A stretch of DNA of 52,370 nucleotides from a bacterium (lineage in GTDB: Bacteria; JADJOY01). Below the pieces are notes generated by a model. It did not search any database. It saw nothing but the letters and a program-made list of their open reading frames with translations, and was not told the DNA's origin. Location: assembly GCA_046331705.1 (NCBI GenBank), contig JAXLQJ010000050.1, positions 1 through 52,370 of the forward strand. Direction: 5' to 3'. Below are positions 1 through 10,241 of this stretch, one piece after another. The stretch's first letter is position 1; each line of letters opens with the position of its first letter. The position numbers and the translations under genes are program-made.

Positions 1-20
1 TCAGCGGCCGAGGCGGGCGT

Positions 21-50
21 ACATTACTCGCCCTGCGCAGGCTGGGTCAA
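21..50 (-). promoter_or_regulatory. Putative sigma70 promoter pointing out of the left end of the window
   Basis: Minus strand TTGACC (50-45), 18 nt, TAATGT (26-21). The -35 lies in one arm of an inverted repeat GGGTCAACGC (44-53) / GCGTTGACCC (70-79). Confidence 0.4.
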
Positions 51-248
51 CGCATTGACGGCGCGTCGCGCGTTGACCCTGGGCGCTCGAGTTGTGACGG
101 GCAAATGGTATGGCCGCCAGGCGCGCGACCGCATCGGGTCACGATCCACACGGGGCGCGTCCGATGGGGATCGGACGATCGTCAGATCTCGAACGCACTG
201 GCGGAGGGATCCGACACGCCCGCCAGCGGCCCCAGAAAACTGGGATCC

Positions 249-620
249 TCAGTCGGCTGCTTCGCCGCCGCCACCGCCGCCGCCAGCACCATCCGGGCGA
301 GGACCTCGCCCACCCCGTCGCCGCCGGCGCCGGCGACGCAACATTTGCTGCTGATCCTGGGCAGATGCAGCTGCAGCCGGAGCCGACTGGGGCGCGGGGC
401 TTAGGGCCTGGGGTTGCGACGGCGCGGGCTGGGCCTGGCGGGGCGGATGCCGCTGCTGGTCGCCACCTCGTCGCGGCACACCGCGCTCGCGGAAATGATC
501 CAGCACGATCCGTGTCAGGATCTTGCTCACGGTGGTGTCTTCTTGAACGGCGGTGCGTCGGATCTCGTTGAAGACCGCCAGATCGAGGAAGACCTCGACC
601 CGGCGCGCGAGGCCCGTCAT
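249..620 (-). CDS. Small ribbon-helix-helix (CopG/Arc/MetJ-like) DNA-binding protein with a Gln/Pro- and poly-Arg-rich disordered tail
   Basis: ATG at 620 preceded by SD-like GGAAGGTGAT. N-terminus RRVEVFLD-LAVFNEIRRTAVQED-TTVSKILTRIVLDHF fits the beta-alpha-alpha pattern by eye. The tail contains R8GGRG and a Gly run. Confidence 0.65.
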   Translation of the reverse strand: MTGLARRVEVFLDLAVFNEIRRTAVQEDTTVSKILTRIVLDHFRERGVPRRGGDQQRHPPRQAQPAPSQPQALSPAPQSAPAAAASAQDQQQMLRRRRRRRRGGRGPRPDGAGGGGGGGEAAD

Positions 621-674
621 CGGACGATCACCTTCCTTCGGCACCCTGCACTCTCCCGATGGGGATCGGCCCCA

Positions 675-2162
675 TCACACGCCGACGAGTCGTAGCGACG
701 CGCGCGCCATCGCGAGCAGCGGTTCGGCGCGGATACCAAGCCCGAGCGTCGGCACGATCAGCAACGCGATCAACAGCAACGGCCCGCGTCGCCACGCGAC
801 GCGCGAAGGGCTCTCGGGCGCGGTGAGAAACATCGCCTGCAAGACTTTGAAGTAGAAGTAGACGGAAAGCAACGTATTCAAGAGGCCGGCGACGGCGATC
901 CCATACCGTTGTTGCTCGACGGCGGCGCCGAAGAGCAGCAGCTTGCCGGTGAACCCCGCGGTGGGCGGCGCACCCACGAGCGCGAAGAGAAACACCGCCG
1001 CCGCGATCGCGACGAACGCGCCCTGGGGTCCGCTCCAGAAGAGTCCCCGAAACGACTCGAGCTCGTCGCTGCCGGTGCGATCCACGACCGCCGAGACGAC
1101 GGCGAACGCACCGAGATTCATGAAGGCGTACACGAAGAGGTAAACACCCGCGGCTTCGAGCCCTCGCGGCGTCAGCGTGACCACGCCGATGAGCACGTAT
1201 CCGGCATGGGCGATGCCGGAATAAGCGAGCATGCGCTTGACCTTGCGTTGCGAGAGCGCCGCCAGGTTTCCGACCGTCATGGTCACGACGCACATCAGCT
1301 CGAGCAGCGGCACCCAGCCCACGCCGGTGAGCGGCTGCCATCCGGCAGCCCCCGCGTCCGCGAAGCCGAGGTAGAAGAAGCGCACGAGCGCGCCGAAGCC
1401 CGCGACCTTCGGCACGACCGAGAAATAGGCCGTCACCGGCGTGGGCGCTCCCTCGTACACGTCGGGCGCCCACATGTGGAAGGGCGCGCTGGCGATCTTG
1501 TAGCCGAATCCGACCAACGCGAGCGCGCACGCGACCACTGCCGCGGCGGCGACGCCGCTTCCTCCTGCGCGCACCGCGTCGTGGATCTGCGCGATGCCGG
1601 TGGATCCCGCGAGGCCGTAGAGCAGGCTGAATCCGTAGATCATGAGCCCCGACGCGACTCCCCCGTAGATCACGTACTTGAGCCCCGCCTCGGCGCTCGC
1701 GCGATGGGATCGCTGGAAGCACGCGAGCACGTACGAGAGCAACGAGACGAGCTCGAACGCCAGATAGATCATCACCAGGTCGGTGGCGGCGACCAGCAGC
1801 ATGGCGCCGAAGGAGGACGCCAGCAGCAAGACGATCAGCTCGTTGCGATCGCCGGGGGGAATCTCCGTCGAACGAAGCGCCAGCGGCAGCGCCAGCACGG
1901 TCGCGAGCAGGATCAGCACCTGAAAGAAGCTCGCGACGCCGTCGCTCGCGATCATCCCCTGGAAGAGCAGCGCTGGCGCGTGTCCCCGCGCCGCGAACAC
2001 CAGTCCCAGCGCGATCAGCGTCCCCGCGAACCCGACGAGCTCGGCGACGCGCCCGCCGCGCTCGATCAATCCGAGCGCGAGCACGGCGAGCAGCGTGCCC
2101 GCGAGCACCAAGCCGGGCGCGAACGGCACCAGGCTTTCGAGGTTGGATGACACGGCGCTCAC
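675..2162 (-). CDS. nuoN: NADH-quinone oxidoreductase subunit N
   Basis: Polytopic membrane protein with EAGLKY, YKIASAPFHMWAPDVYEGAPTPVT and KRMLAYSGIAHAGY; last nuo gene. Confidence 0.95.
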   Translation of the reverse strand: MSAVSSNLESLVPFAPGLVLAGTLLAVLALGLIERGGRVAELVGFAGTLIALGLVFAARGHAPALLFQGMIASDGVASFFQVLILLATVLALPLALRSTEIPPGDRNELIVLLLASSFGAMLLVAATDLVMIYLAFELVSLLSYVLACFQRSHRASAEAGLKYVIYGGVASGLMIYGFSLLYGLAGSTGIAQIHDAVRAGGSGVAAAAVVACALALVGFGYKIASAPFHMWAPDVYEGAPTPVTAYFSVVPKVAGFGALVRFFYLGFADAGAAGWQPLTGVGWVPLLELMCVVTMTVGNLAALSQRKVKRMLAYSGIAHAGYVLIGVVTLTPRGLEAAGVYLFVYAFMNLGAFAVVSAVVDRTGSDELESFRGLFWSGPQGAFVAIAAAVFLFALVGAPPTAGFTGKLLLFGAAVEQQRYGIAVAGLLNTLLSVYFYFKVLQAMFLTAPESPSRVAWRRGPLLLIALLIVPTLGLGIRAEPLLAMARASLRLVGV

Positions 2163-2199
2163 CGATGCCCCCGGCGTGCCGACGGGTCGAGGCGGGCGC

Positions 2200-3759
2200 T
2201 CATGGCGCCAGCGTCAACGCCGCGTGCGTCACGCGCCCGGCGATCTGTGCCAGTCGAACCGCCGCCGCCTGATAGGTGTCGAGCAGCAGCATGGGCCGCA
2301 CGCCCAGGTAGACGACGATCACCGCCAAGGGCACGAGGCTCACGATCTCGCGCGTGCCGATGTCGTCGATGGTGCGGTACTTCTCGTTGAGCTCGCCGAA
2401 GAACATCCGCTGCAACGTCCACAGCAGGTACGCCGCGCCGAGGATCACGCCGATCGCTCCCAGCACGGCCCAGACCGGGAACGCCAGGAAGCCTCCCAGC
2501 AGACAGAGCAGCTCGCTCACGAAGCTCGAGAGCGCCGGCAGGCCCAGCGCGGCGAAGAACGCAAAGCCCGTGAACGCCGTGTAGAGCGGCATCGAGGTCG
2601 CGAGCCCACCGAAGCCGTCGATCTCGCGGTGATGGGCGCGGTCGTAGATCACCCCGACCAGCAAGAAGAGCATCGCGGTGATGGTGCCGTGATTGAACAT
2701 CTGAAAGAGACCGCCGGTCAGCCCCTGGGTCGTGAGCGAACCCAACCCGAGCAACACGAAACCCATGTGACTGATGGACGAGTACGCGACCAGGCGCTTG
2801 AGATCGGTTTGCGCCATCGCGCACAAGGCGCCGTAGAGGATGTTGATCACGCCCAGCACGACCACCACCTGCGCGATCGCCCCCGTGTACTCCGGAAAGA
2901 GCGGCACGTTGAAGCGGTAGAGGCCGTAGGTGCCCATCTTGAGCAGCACGCCCGCGAGGATGACGCTGATGGCCGTGGGAGCCTCGACGTGCGCGTCGGG
3001 CAGCCAGGTGTGGAACGGCACGACCGGCACCTTGATCGCGAACCCGATGAAGAACGCCCACCAGATCGCCGGCACGAAGGGCAGCCAGCCGAAGATCGGC
3101 CGGGCGCCCGCGATCACGTCGTGGCGCTGGACGAGCGTCAAGAGATCGAACGTCCTGCTCGCCGGATCGGGCGAGCTCGCGAAGTAGAGCGCCAGGATGC
3201 CGAGCAGGAGCCCCAGCGATCCCGCCAGCGTGTACAGGAAGAACTTGATGGCGGCGTAGACCCGCCGCGGGCCGCCCCAGATGCCGATCAGGAAGTACAT
3301 CGGCAGCAGCATCAGCTCCCAGAACACGTAGAAGAGCACCAGATCGAGCGCCACGAAGCTGCCGAGCATGCCGGTCTCGAGCAGCAAGAACAGGCAGAAA
3401 TACGCCTTCGGCGCGCGCTCGATGCGAAACGACGCGAGAATGCACAACGGGCAGAGCAACACCGTGAGCAGCACCAGCGCCAGGCTCAGGCCATCCACGC
3501 CGAGCTTGTAGAAGACGTGGAACGTCGGCATCCAGTACCAGCTCTCGACGAACTGGAACGACCGGATCGAGTCCACGCCGGCCAGCGCCGGATCGAAACC
3601 GAACGCCAGCGGCACCGCCAGCGCCAGCGGGATGAGCGTCGTGAAGAGCGCGATCCACTTGGCCAGCGGACGTTGCGCCTCCTTCAGGGCGACGATGAGC
3701 GGCACGCCCACCAGCGGGGCGAACGTCATCGCACTGAGCAATGGAAATCGAGCGTTCAT
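2200..3759 (-). CDS. nuoM: NADH-quinone oxidoreductase subunit M
   Basis: LGVDGLS, FYVFWELMLLPMYFLIGIWG, KVPVVPFHTWLPDAHVEAPT, LLKMGTYG, LVAYSSISHMG motifs. Confidence 0.96.
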   Translation of the reverse strand: MNARFPLLSAMTFAPLVGVPLIVALKEAQRPLAKWIALFTTLIPLALAVPLAFGFDPALAGVDSIRSFQFVESWYWMPTFHVFYKLGVDGLSLALVLLTVLLCPLCILASFRIERAPKAYFCLFLLLETGMLGSFVALDLVLFYVFWELMLLPMYFLIGIWGGPRRVYAAIKFFLYTLAGSLGLLLGILALYFASSPDPASRTFDLLTLVQRHDVIAGARPIFGWLPFVPAIWWAFFIGFAIKVPVVPFHTWLPDAHVEAPTAISVILAGVLLKMGTYGLYRFNVPLFPEYTGAIAQVVVVLGVINILYGALCAMAQTDLKRLVAYSSISHMGFVLLGLGSLTTQGLTGGLFQMFNHGTITAMLFLLVGVIYDRAHHREIDGFGGLATSMPLYTAFTGFAFFAALGLPALSSFVSELLCLLGGFLAFPVWAVLGAIGVILGAAYLLWTLQRMFFGELNEKYRTIDDIGTREIVSLVPLAVIVVYLGVRPMLLLDTYQAAAVRLAQIAGRVTHAALTLAP

Positions 3760-3796
3760 CGCTCACACCCAATCCGCCGCACGATCGCTGCGCGAG

Positions 3797-5864
3797 TCAC
3801 CGCACCACCTCCCAGAAGAGAATCCACGCCGCGAGCGCCCATGCGAGCACCACGAGGTACGTCTGGATCCGGCCCGACTGTGTCGCGGCCACCGCGATCC
3901 CGAACGATCGCGCGATCGAAGCGAGCCCGCCGAAGAATCGGTCGATCACGAATCGATCCAGCCACCCGCTCGCGGCCGAGCCCCGCCGAACCAGGGCGGC
4001 GCTGCCGTGGACGATGCCGTCCACGACGCGCTTGTCGAACACGCTCAACGCACGCGTCAGGCGCAACAGCGGCCGAACCACCACGATGCCGTAGAGGTCG
4101 TCGAAGACCCGCCGATACGGGCCCGACAAGTAGGCGTGCGCTCGTGGAAAACGCGCGGCCCAGGCACGCGCGAGCTTCGGTCGTTGCCCGAACACCATCC
4201 ACGACACGCCGATGCCGCCCAGCCCCACCACGACCGCGACCAGCGTGGCGAGCAGCTCCGCACGCGTCTGCGCGTGGGCCCCTCCGTGCTCGCCCTCCCC
4301 GTGCCCCGCGAGCGGCAACACCGGCTCGAGCCACGCCGCGAAGCGATCGGTGGTCCCCATCCAGGTGGGCGCCGCGAGCCAACCCACCAGCACACAGCCG
4401 ATCGCGAGCACCGCCAGCGGAATGGTCATCGTCTTGGGCGACTCGTGCACGTGCGCGGCGTGCGCCGCGTCGCCGCGAAACGCCCCCGCGAAGGCCAGCA
4501 CGAACACGCGCATCGAGTAGAACGCCGTCAGCGCGGACGTCACCAACGCGATCGCGTAGAGCACGCGATCGCCACCCGACACCACCCGCCACAAGATCCC
4601 GTCCTTCGAGAAGAATCCGGCGAGCAGCGGAAAGCCGGCGAGCGACAGCACGCCCACGGCGAAGGTGGCGCTGGTCACCGGTAGCTCGCGCCGCAGCCCG
4701 CCCATGTGCCGCAGGTCCTGCTCTCCGTCGAGCGCGTGGATGACGCTGCCGGCGCCCAGGAAGAGCAACGCCTTGAAGAAGGCGTGCGTCACGACGTGGA
4801 AGAGGCCGGCGGCGAACGCACCGACCCCGCAGCCGAGGAACATGTAGCCGAGCTGGCTCACGGTCGAGTACGCGAGCGCCTTCTTGATGTCGTGCTGGAA
4901 GAGCGCCACCGTCGCCGCGAAGCACGCCGTGACCGCAGCGACGATGCTGACGACCTCGCACACACCCGGCGCGAGCACGTAGAGGAAGCTCGTGCGGCAG
5001 AGCAGATAGATGCCCGCCGTCACCATCGTGGCCGCGTGGATGAGCGCGGACACGGGCGTGGGGCCGGCCATCGCATCCGGCAACCACACGAAGAGCGGGA
5101 TCTGGGCGCTCTTGCCGGTGGCCGCGACGAACAGCGCGATGGTGGCGAGCACGGGCACCGCGACCCCGAAGAGCGCCACCTGCGAGAGCCGTGGCGCGAG
5201 CACCTTGAGCTCCGCGAACGAGACCGTCGGCGACCCGAGCGCGAGCGTCGCCCAGAAGAGCACCAGCAGGCCCGTCATGAACCCGAGATCGCCGATCCGA
5301 TTGACCAGAAACGCCTTGGTGGCCGCCGCCGCGTTCTTCGCGTCGCCGAACCAGAACCCGATGAGCAAGAACGAGCAGAGCCCGACTCCCTCCCAGCCGA
5401 CGAACACCATCGGCAGGTTGGCCCCGAGAACGAGCGTGCACATCGCCAACACGAAACCGTTGAGGTACGCGAAGAATCGCGCGTACCCGGGATCCGAGTG
5501 CATGTAGCCGATGCTGTACACGTGGATCAGGAAGCCGATGCCCGTGATCACCAGGCACATCACCGCCGAGAGCGTGATCGAGCACGGCTCGATCGGGACG
5601 TTCAGCCCTCCGATGTCGAGCCACGTGCCGAGGGATTGGCTGAGCACGCGCGCCTCGGCGGGCATTCCGGCGAGCGCGCGGCAAATCCCGCGACGCTCGT
5701 CACGAACGGCGAGAGCAGCACCGCGCAGCAGGCGATCCAATGGATCGGCCCCCGCCCCAGCGCCGCAGGAGCCACTTCCCCAGCGCGACGTTCAGCACCG
5801 CCCCGATGCCGGGCGCCGCCGAATCAGCCACAGAAACGATCGAACCGGAGCCGAGGTCGTTCAT
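3797..5864 (-). CDS. nuoL: NADH-quinone oxidoreductase subunit L (5' end frameshifted as written)
   Basis: ORF 3797-5740 has YSIGYM, FVGWEGVGLCSFLLIGFW, NRIGDLG, GKSAQIPLFVWLPDAMAGPTPVSALIHAATMVTAG and HAFFKALLFL. The N-terminal TM helices (FLWLI..., GIGAVLNVALG..., IHWIACCAVLLS) lie in other frames between about 5670 and 5864. Start approximate (ATG 5864). Confidence 0.92.
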
Positions 5865-5894
5865 GAGAGGCCGCGCGAGGATCGCTTGTCCACT

Positions 5895-6232
5895 TCAGCC
5901 GCGAAGTTGCCGTGCCTTGTCGGCACGCACCGACGACGTGAGCTTGAAGAGCGCGAGAACGATCGCCAGCGCCACGGCAGCCTCGGCGGCGGCGAGCACG
6001 ATCACGAAGATCGCGCCGACGTGCCCCGCGGCTCGCCCCGCGCCGAAATGAGAGAACGCCACGAAGTTGAGCGCAGCGGCGTTGGAGATCAGCTCGACGC
6101 CCATCAACAGCGCGACGGCGTTGCGCCGCGAGATCACGCAATAGAGCCCGCGCACGCGAGCATCCAGACGGACACCACCAGGTACTCGGTGATGCCGATC
6201 GGACCGAGCACGGAAGCCGCCAACGGGATCAC
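5895..6232 (-). CDS. nuoK: NADH-quinone oxidoreductase subunit K (one frameshift near 6150 as written)
   Basis: C-terminal part GLYCVISRRNAVALLMGVELISNAAALNFVAFS...AAAEAAVALAIV. N-terminal part GITEYLVVS runs from GTG 6232 (GGAG SD, GTGA overlap) in another frame. Confidence 0.9.
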
Positions 6233-6769
6233 GGCGTGCTCCGCGAGGAACCACCCGCATCGCGTCTGTCGCGAGCGCGATCACGATCTGCTCCACGGCC
6301 GCCGCCAGCAGCAGCACCGACGCCACCTCGAACGGCAGCAAGAACTCACCAGCAAGGCCTCGCCGATGGTCGCCGTGGTGGGCTGGGCGGCCGCCGTCTC
6401 GACCTCGGCCAGCGAGTCGCGACGAGCAGCGTACGCCAACAGCTCTCCCAGCCGCCGCCGCGACGGCACCCAGCGCGGGATGGATCGGCAACACCTCGCC
6501 GGGGTTGCCGACCCGGCTGGTGAGCATGATCGCGAAGAGCAGCAACACGACGACGCCACCGACGTAGAGCAACACCTGCAGCACCGCGATACAAGGTCGG
6601 CGCCGGCGAACGCGTAGAGACCGGCGACGCCGAGCAGCACCAGCAACAGGCAGAACGCCGCGTGTACCAGGTTCTCCAGGACGGCGACCGCCACGGCCGC
6701 GCCCATCGTGAGCACGGCGACCAGCAGCCAGACGACGGCGGCGAGGCCGGTGATCTCGACGGATGGCAT
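6229..6769 (-). CDS. nuoJ: NADH-quinone oxidoreductase subunit J (at least 3 frameshifts as written)
   Basis: Segments in alternating frames: NLVHAAFCLLLVLLGVAGLY / AVLQVLLYVGGVVVLLLFAIMLT / TATIGEALL / FLLPFEVASVLLLAA. Stop position inferred from the GTGA overlap with nuoK. Confidence 0.88.
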
Positions 6770-6772
6770 CGC

Positions 6773-7914
6773 TCAGCCCCTCGCCCATCCCAGCGTCGCG
6801 ACCACCAGGTCCACCAGAGAGCGGTTGCCGGTGGCCACCATCCACAGCGCCGCGCCCATCACGTTCACGAGCGCGATCGGGATGAGGTACTTCCAGCACA
6901 GCGCCATCAGCTGATCGACGCGCAGACGCGGCAGCGTCCAGCGCACCCAGATCAGCACGAACACCCACACGAACGACTTCGCGAGGAAGAAGAGGACCTC
7001 GAGCGGCAGCCGGAACCACGCGTCCGCAGCGACGAACGGCACCTTCCATCCGCCCAGCCACGCGACCGTCGCGATGGCGCCGATCACGAAGAGGTTTCCC
7101 CACTCGGCGAAGAAGAAGAACAAGAAACGCATTCCCGAGTACTCGGTGTTGTAGCCGGCCACCAGCTCGCTCTCGGCCTCGGGCATGTCGAAGGGGGCAC
7201 GATTGCCCTCGGCGGTGGCGGCGATCAGGAACACCCAGAACGCCACGAACGTGAAGGGGTCGTGGAACAGGAACCAGTCCAGCGCGCCCTGGCGCGCGAT
7301 GATCTGCTGCGTGCTCAGGCTACCGGCGAGCATCACCGGCACCAGCAACGCCAGCGCCGAGGGGATCTCGTAGCTCACGATCTGCGCCGCCGAGCGCATC
7401 CCACCGATGATCGACCACTTGTTGTTGGACGCCCAGCCCGCCATCAGCAGCCCGACCACGACCAAGCTGGTGATCGCGATCACGAACAGCAGACCCACGT
7501 TGAGATCGGCGCCGATGATCCGACTCGAGAACGGGACGGCGACGAGCGTCAGGAACGTCCCGGTGAACACGAAGTACGGGGCGACCCGGAACAGCAGCGC
7601 GTCGGCGTTGGCGGGGATCAGGTCTTCCTTGAGCAAGGTCTTGAGCCCGTCCGCCGCCCACTGGAAGAAGCCTTGGTGGTCCGACGCGATTGGGTCCGAT
7701 GCGCGCACGCTGCGCGCGGCGATGCGCCGCTCGATCCGCGAGAATCCCGGCCACCAGCGAGAAGAACGTGAACACGGCGAGCGCGTACGCCGCGATCACG
7801 AGGGCGAAGACCCACAGTCGCGGCCAGCCGGCGAGCGCCCCCGCCTCGAGATGTCGCGCGAGCGCCTCCATCTCACGTGCTCGCGCCACCGAATCGTCGC
7901 CACTGCGTAGCCAT
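6773..7914 (-). CDS. nuoH: NADH-quinone oxidoreductase subunit H (5' part frameshifted as written)
   Basis: ORF 6773-7708 carries QWAADGLKTLLKED, GWASNNKWSIIGGMRSAAQIVSYE, AEGNRAPFDMPEAESELVAGYNTEYSG and PRLRVDQLM. The motifs ERRIAAR and RIGPNRVGP occur in shifted frames at about 7675-7745. Probable ATG at 7914. Confidence 0.93.
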
Positions 7915-7919
7915 GACTC

Positions 7920-9062
7920 TCACCGGTCGATCTCGGGCGCGACCACGTCGAAGGCGGCGATGATCGCGACGAGGTCCGCGATCATCCACCCGGGGCTAAG
8001 CGCTTCGAGGATCGACATGGCGGCGAACGAACCCGTTCGAATCTTGCAGCGGTATGCACGATCCGAGCCGTCGCTGACCACGAAGTAGCCGAGCTCGCCG
8101 CGCGGCGCCTCGGTGCGCACGAACGCCTCACCGGCGGGCGGCTTCACGGTGCGTGGCACCTTCGCCATGACCGGGCCGTCGGGCAGCTGGGCGAGGCATT
8201 GGCGCACGATGCGGGCGCTCTCGAGCATCTCGCCGATCCGCACCACGTACCGATCGAAGCAATCACCCAGAACACCGACCTCGCCCTTGCCCACCACCAC
8301 GTCGAACTCGAGCTTCGGGTAGACGGAATACGGTTCGTCGCGGCGCAGGTCCCAGTCCAAGCCGGAGGCGCGCAGGTTCGGGCCGCTCAGCCCGTAGGCG
8401 ATCGCCGCCTGCGTGGAGATCGGCGCCACGCCGGCGAGGCGCTTGCGAAAGATCAGATTGTCCGAGATGAGCGGGTCGTACTCGTCGTGGATCGCCTTCT
8501 CGAAGTGATCGAGGAAGCTCGTCGTGCGCTCGACGAAGCCCGGCGGCAGATCGAAGGACACGCCTCCGATCCGCACGTAGTTGTACGTGAGCCGGGCACC
8601 ACACAGCGCCTCGAAGAGATCGTTGACCGTTTCGCGCTCGCGGATCGCGTGCATGAACGGCGTGGAGGCGCCGAGGTCCATGGGCATGGCGCCGACCGCG
8701 ACCAGGTGGGAGGAGATGCGGTTCAGCTCGGAGACGATGACGCGCAAGTACTCGGCGCGCTCCGGCACCTCGAGCCCGAGCAGCCGCTCGACGGCCATGG
8801 CGTAGCCCACGTTGCAGTTCATCGCCGCCACGTAGTCGACGCGATCCGTGTACGGCATGAACGCGGGGTACGGCACGAGCTCGGCGATCTTCTCGATGCT
8901 GCGATGCAGGTAGCCCACGTCGGGCAGGCAGCGAGTCACGATCTCGCCGTCCGTGGTGAGCACGAACCGCAGCACGCCGTGGGTGCTCGGATGATGGGGG
9001 CCCATGTTGACCACCATCTCCTCGGTCCGCAGCCGCGGCGCATCCGCGCGAAGCTCAGCCAT
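7920..9062 (-). CDS. nuoD: NADH-quinone oxidoreductase subunit D
   Basis: [39 protein letters not shown] and C-terminal EIDR; no NiFe CxxC motifs. Confidence 0.96.
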   Translation of the reverse strand: MAELRADAPRLRTEEMVVNMGPHHPSTHGVLRFVLTTDGEIVTRCLPDVGYLHRSIEKIAELVPYPAFMPYTDRVDYVAAMNCNVGYAMAVERLLGLEVPERAEYLRVIVSELNRISSHLVAVGAMPMDLGASTPFMHAIRERETVNDLFEALCGARLTYNYVRIGGVSFDLPPGFVERTTSFLDHFEKAIHDEYDPLISDNLIFRKRLAGVAPISTQAAIAYGLSGPNLRASGLDWDLRRDEPYSVYPKLEFDVVVGKGEVGVLGDCFDRYVVRIGEMLESARIVRQCLAQLPDGPVMAKVPRTVKPPAGEAFVRTEAPRGELGYFVVSDGSDRAYRCKIRTGSFAAMSILEALSPGWMIADLVAIIAAFDVVAPEIDR

Positions 9063-9564
9063 TCTTCGGCCTCGTGTTGTCGATGCCGTGGTAGCGATCG
9101 GGTTTGACGTAGTCCTTGCGAAGCGGATGCCCCTCCCAGTCGTCGGGCATCAGAATGCGCCGCAAATCCGGGTGTTCCTCGAACACCACACCGAGCAGAT
9201 CGAACTGCTCGCGCTCGTGCCAGCCCGCGGCGGGCCACACGGCGACGAGTGAAGGGACACGCGGGTCGTTGCGCGGAACGCGCGTTCGCACCGCGAGCGT
9301 CGCGCGCTGCGCGTAGCTGAACAGGTGGGCAACGACCTCGATCGTCTCCGGCGGCCGATCCACCGCCGCGATGCTCATCAGGAAGTCGAACCCGAGCCGG
9401 CGATCGTCGCGGAGCGTCTGGCACACCTCGCGCAGCCGAGCGGCATCGACCTCGAGGGTCGCGTCCTGGTGACCTGTGGCCTTGGGCTCGGTGAAGGCGA
9501 GCGTAGCGTCAGGGTGACGCTCCCTCAGGATGCCCAGGGTGGCTTCGTTACCGAGTCGGTCCAC
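9055..9564 (-). CDS. nuoC: NADH-quinone oxidoreductase subunit C
   Basis: [38 protein letters not shown] signature. Confidence 0.95.
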   Translation of the reverse strand: MDRLGNEATLGILRERHPDATLAFTEPKATGHQDATLEVDAARLREVCQTLRDDRRLGFDFLMSIAAVDRPPETIEVVAHLFSYAQRATLAVRTRVPRNDPRVPSLVAVWPAAGWHEREQFDLLGVVFEEHPDLRRILMPDDWEGHPLRKDYVKPDRYHGIDNTRPKNG

Positions 9565-9598
9565 GACACGCTCCCCGCGCGGCCGCAGCGCCGTCGGC

Positions 9599-10084
9599 TC
9601 AGGCCGCCTTCCGGACCAGGTAGCGCTCGCGACGGATCTTCTCCTGCAGCACCAGGAGGCCTTCGGTCAGCGCTTCGGGTCGGGGCGGGCACCCCGGTAC
9701 GTACACGTCCACCGGAAGCAGCTTGTCGATGCCCGCGAGCGTCGAGTAGCTGAGATCGAAGAGCCCACCGCAGTTCGAGCAGCTCCCCATCGAGATCACG
9801 TATTTGGGCTCGGCCATCTGGTCGTAGAGCAGCCTGACCCGCTCAGCCATCTTGAGCGTGACGGTGCCGGCCACGATGAGCAGGTCCGATTGCCGCGGCG
9901 TCGCCCGGAACACGGCCCCGAAGCGGTCGAGGTCGGCGCGCGGGCCACCGGTCTGCATGAGCTCGATCGCGCAGCACGCGAGCCCGAAGAGCAGATACCA
10001 AAGCGAGTTCGTTCGCCCCCAGTTCAACACGGCGTCCACGTTCGCGAACACCACGTTGGGCGGCAAGCTGTCCCTGAGATTCAT
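9599..10084 (-). CDS. nuoB: NADH-quinone oxidoreductase subunit B
   Basis: [19 protein letters not shown] and [14 protein letters not shown] (N2 cluster ligands). Confidence 0.97.
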   Translation of the reverse strand: MNLRDSLPPNVVFANVDAVLNWGRTNSLWYLLFGLACCAIELMQTGGPRADLDRFGAVFRATPRQSDLLIVAGTVTLKMAERVRLLYDQMAEPKYVISMGSCSNCGGLFDLSYSTLAGIDKLLPVDVYVPGCPPRPEALTEGLLVLQEKIRRERYLVRKAA

Positions 10085-10241
10085 GCGTGATCACCTCTTC
10101 ACGCCGTTGCCCACGTCTCGGCGCGGTGGCCGTCCTCGGCGACGCCCCGAAATCTATCCCAAGCGAGGCCCCGCCCCTCCTGCGCCGACCCGAGCTTCCT
10201 CCCGGCGAAAAGCGGCCTGAAGGCGCGGGCGCAGCGCTCGC

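Noticed and set aside
5895..7103. 402-aa ORF that looks like a NuoJ-NuoK fusion
   Set aside because: A product of indels: it strings together an off-frame part of nuoH, pieces of nuoJ and the nuoK C-terminus. A separate nuoK start exists at 6232.
6229..7914. Programmed ribosomal frameshifting in nuoH/J/K
   Set aside because: Too many irregular shifts, and no slippery heptamers or homopolymer tracts at the shift points.
7920..10084. Group 4 [NiFe]-hydrogenase interpretation of the nuoEFG-less cluster
   Set aside because: The large subunit lacks both CxxC Ni-binding motifs, NuoB has the complex I tandem CC, and nuoA and nuoJ are present.
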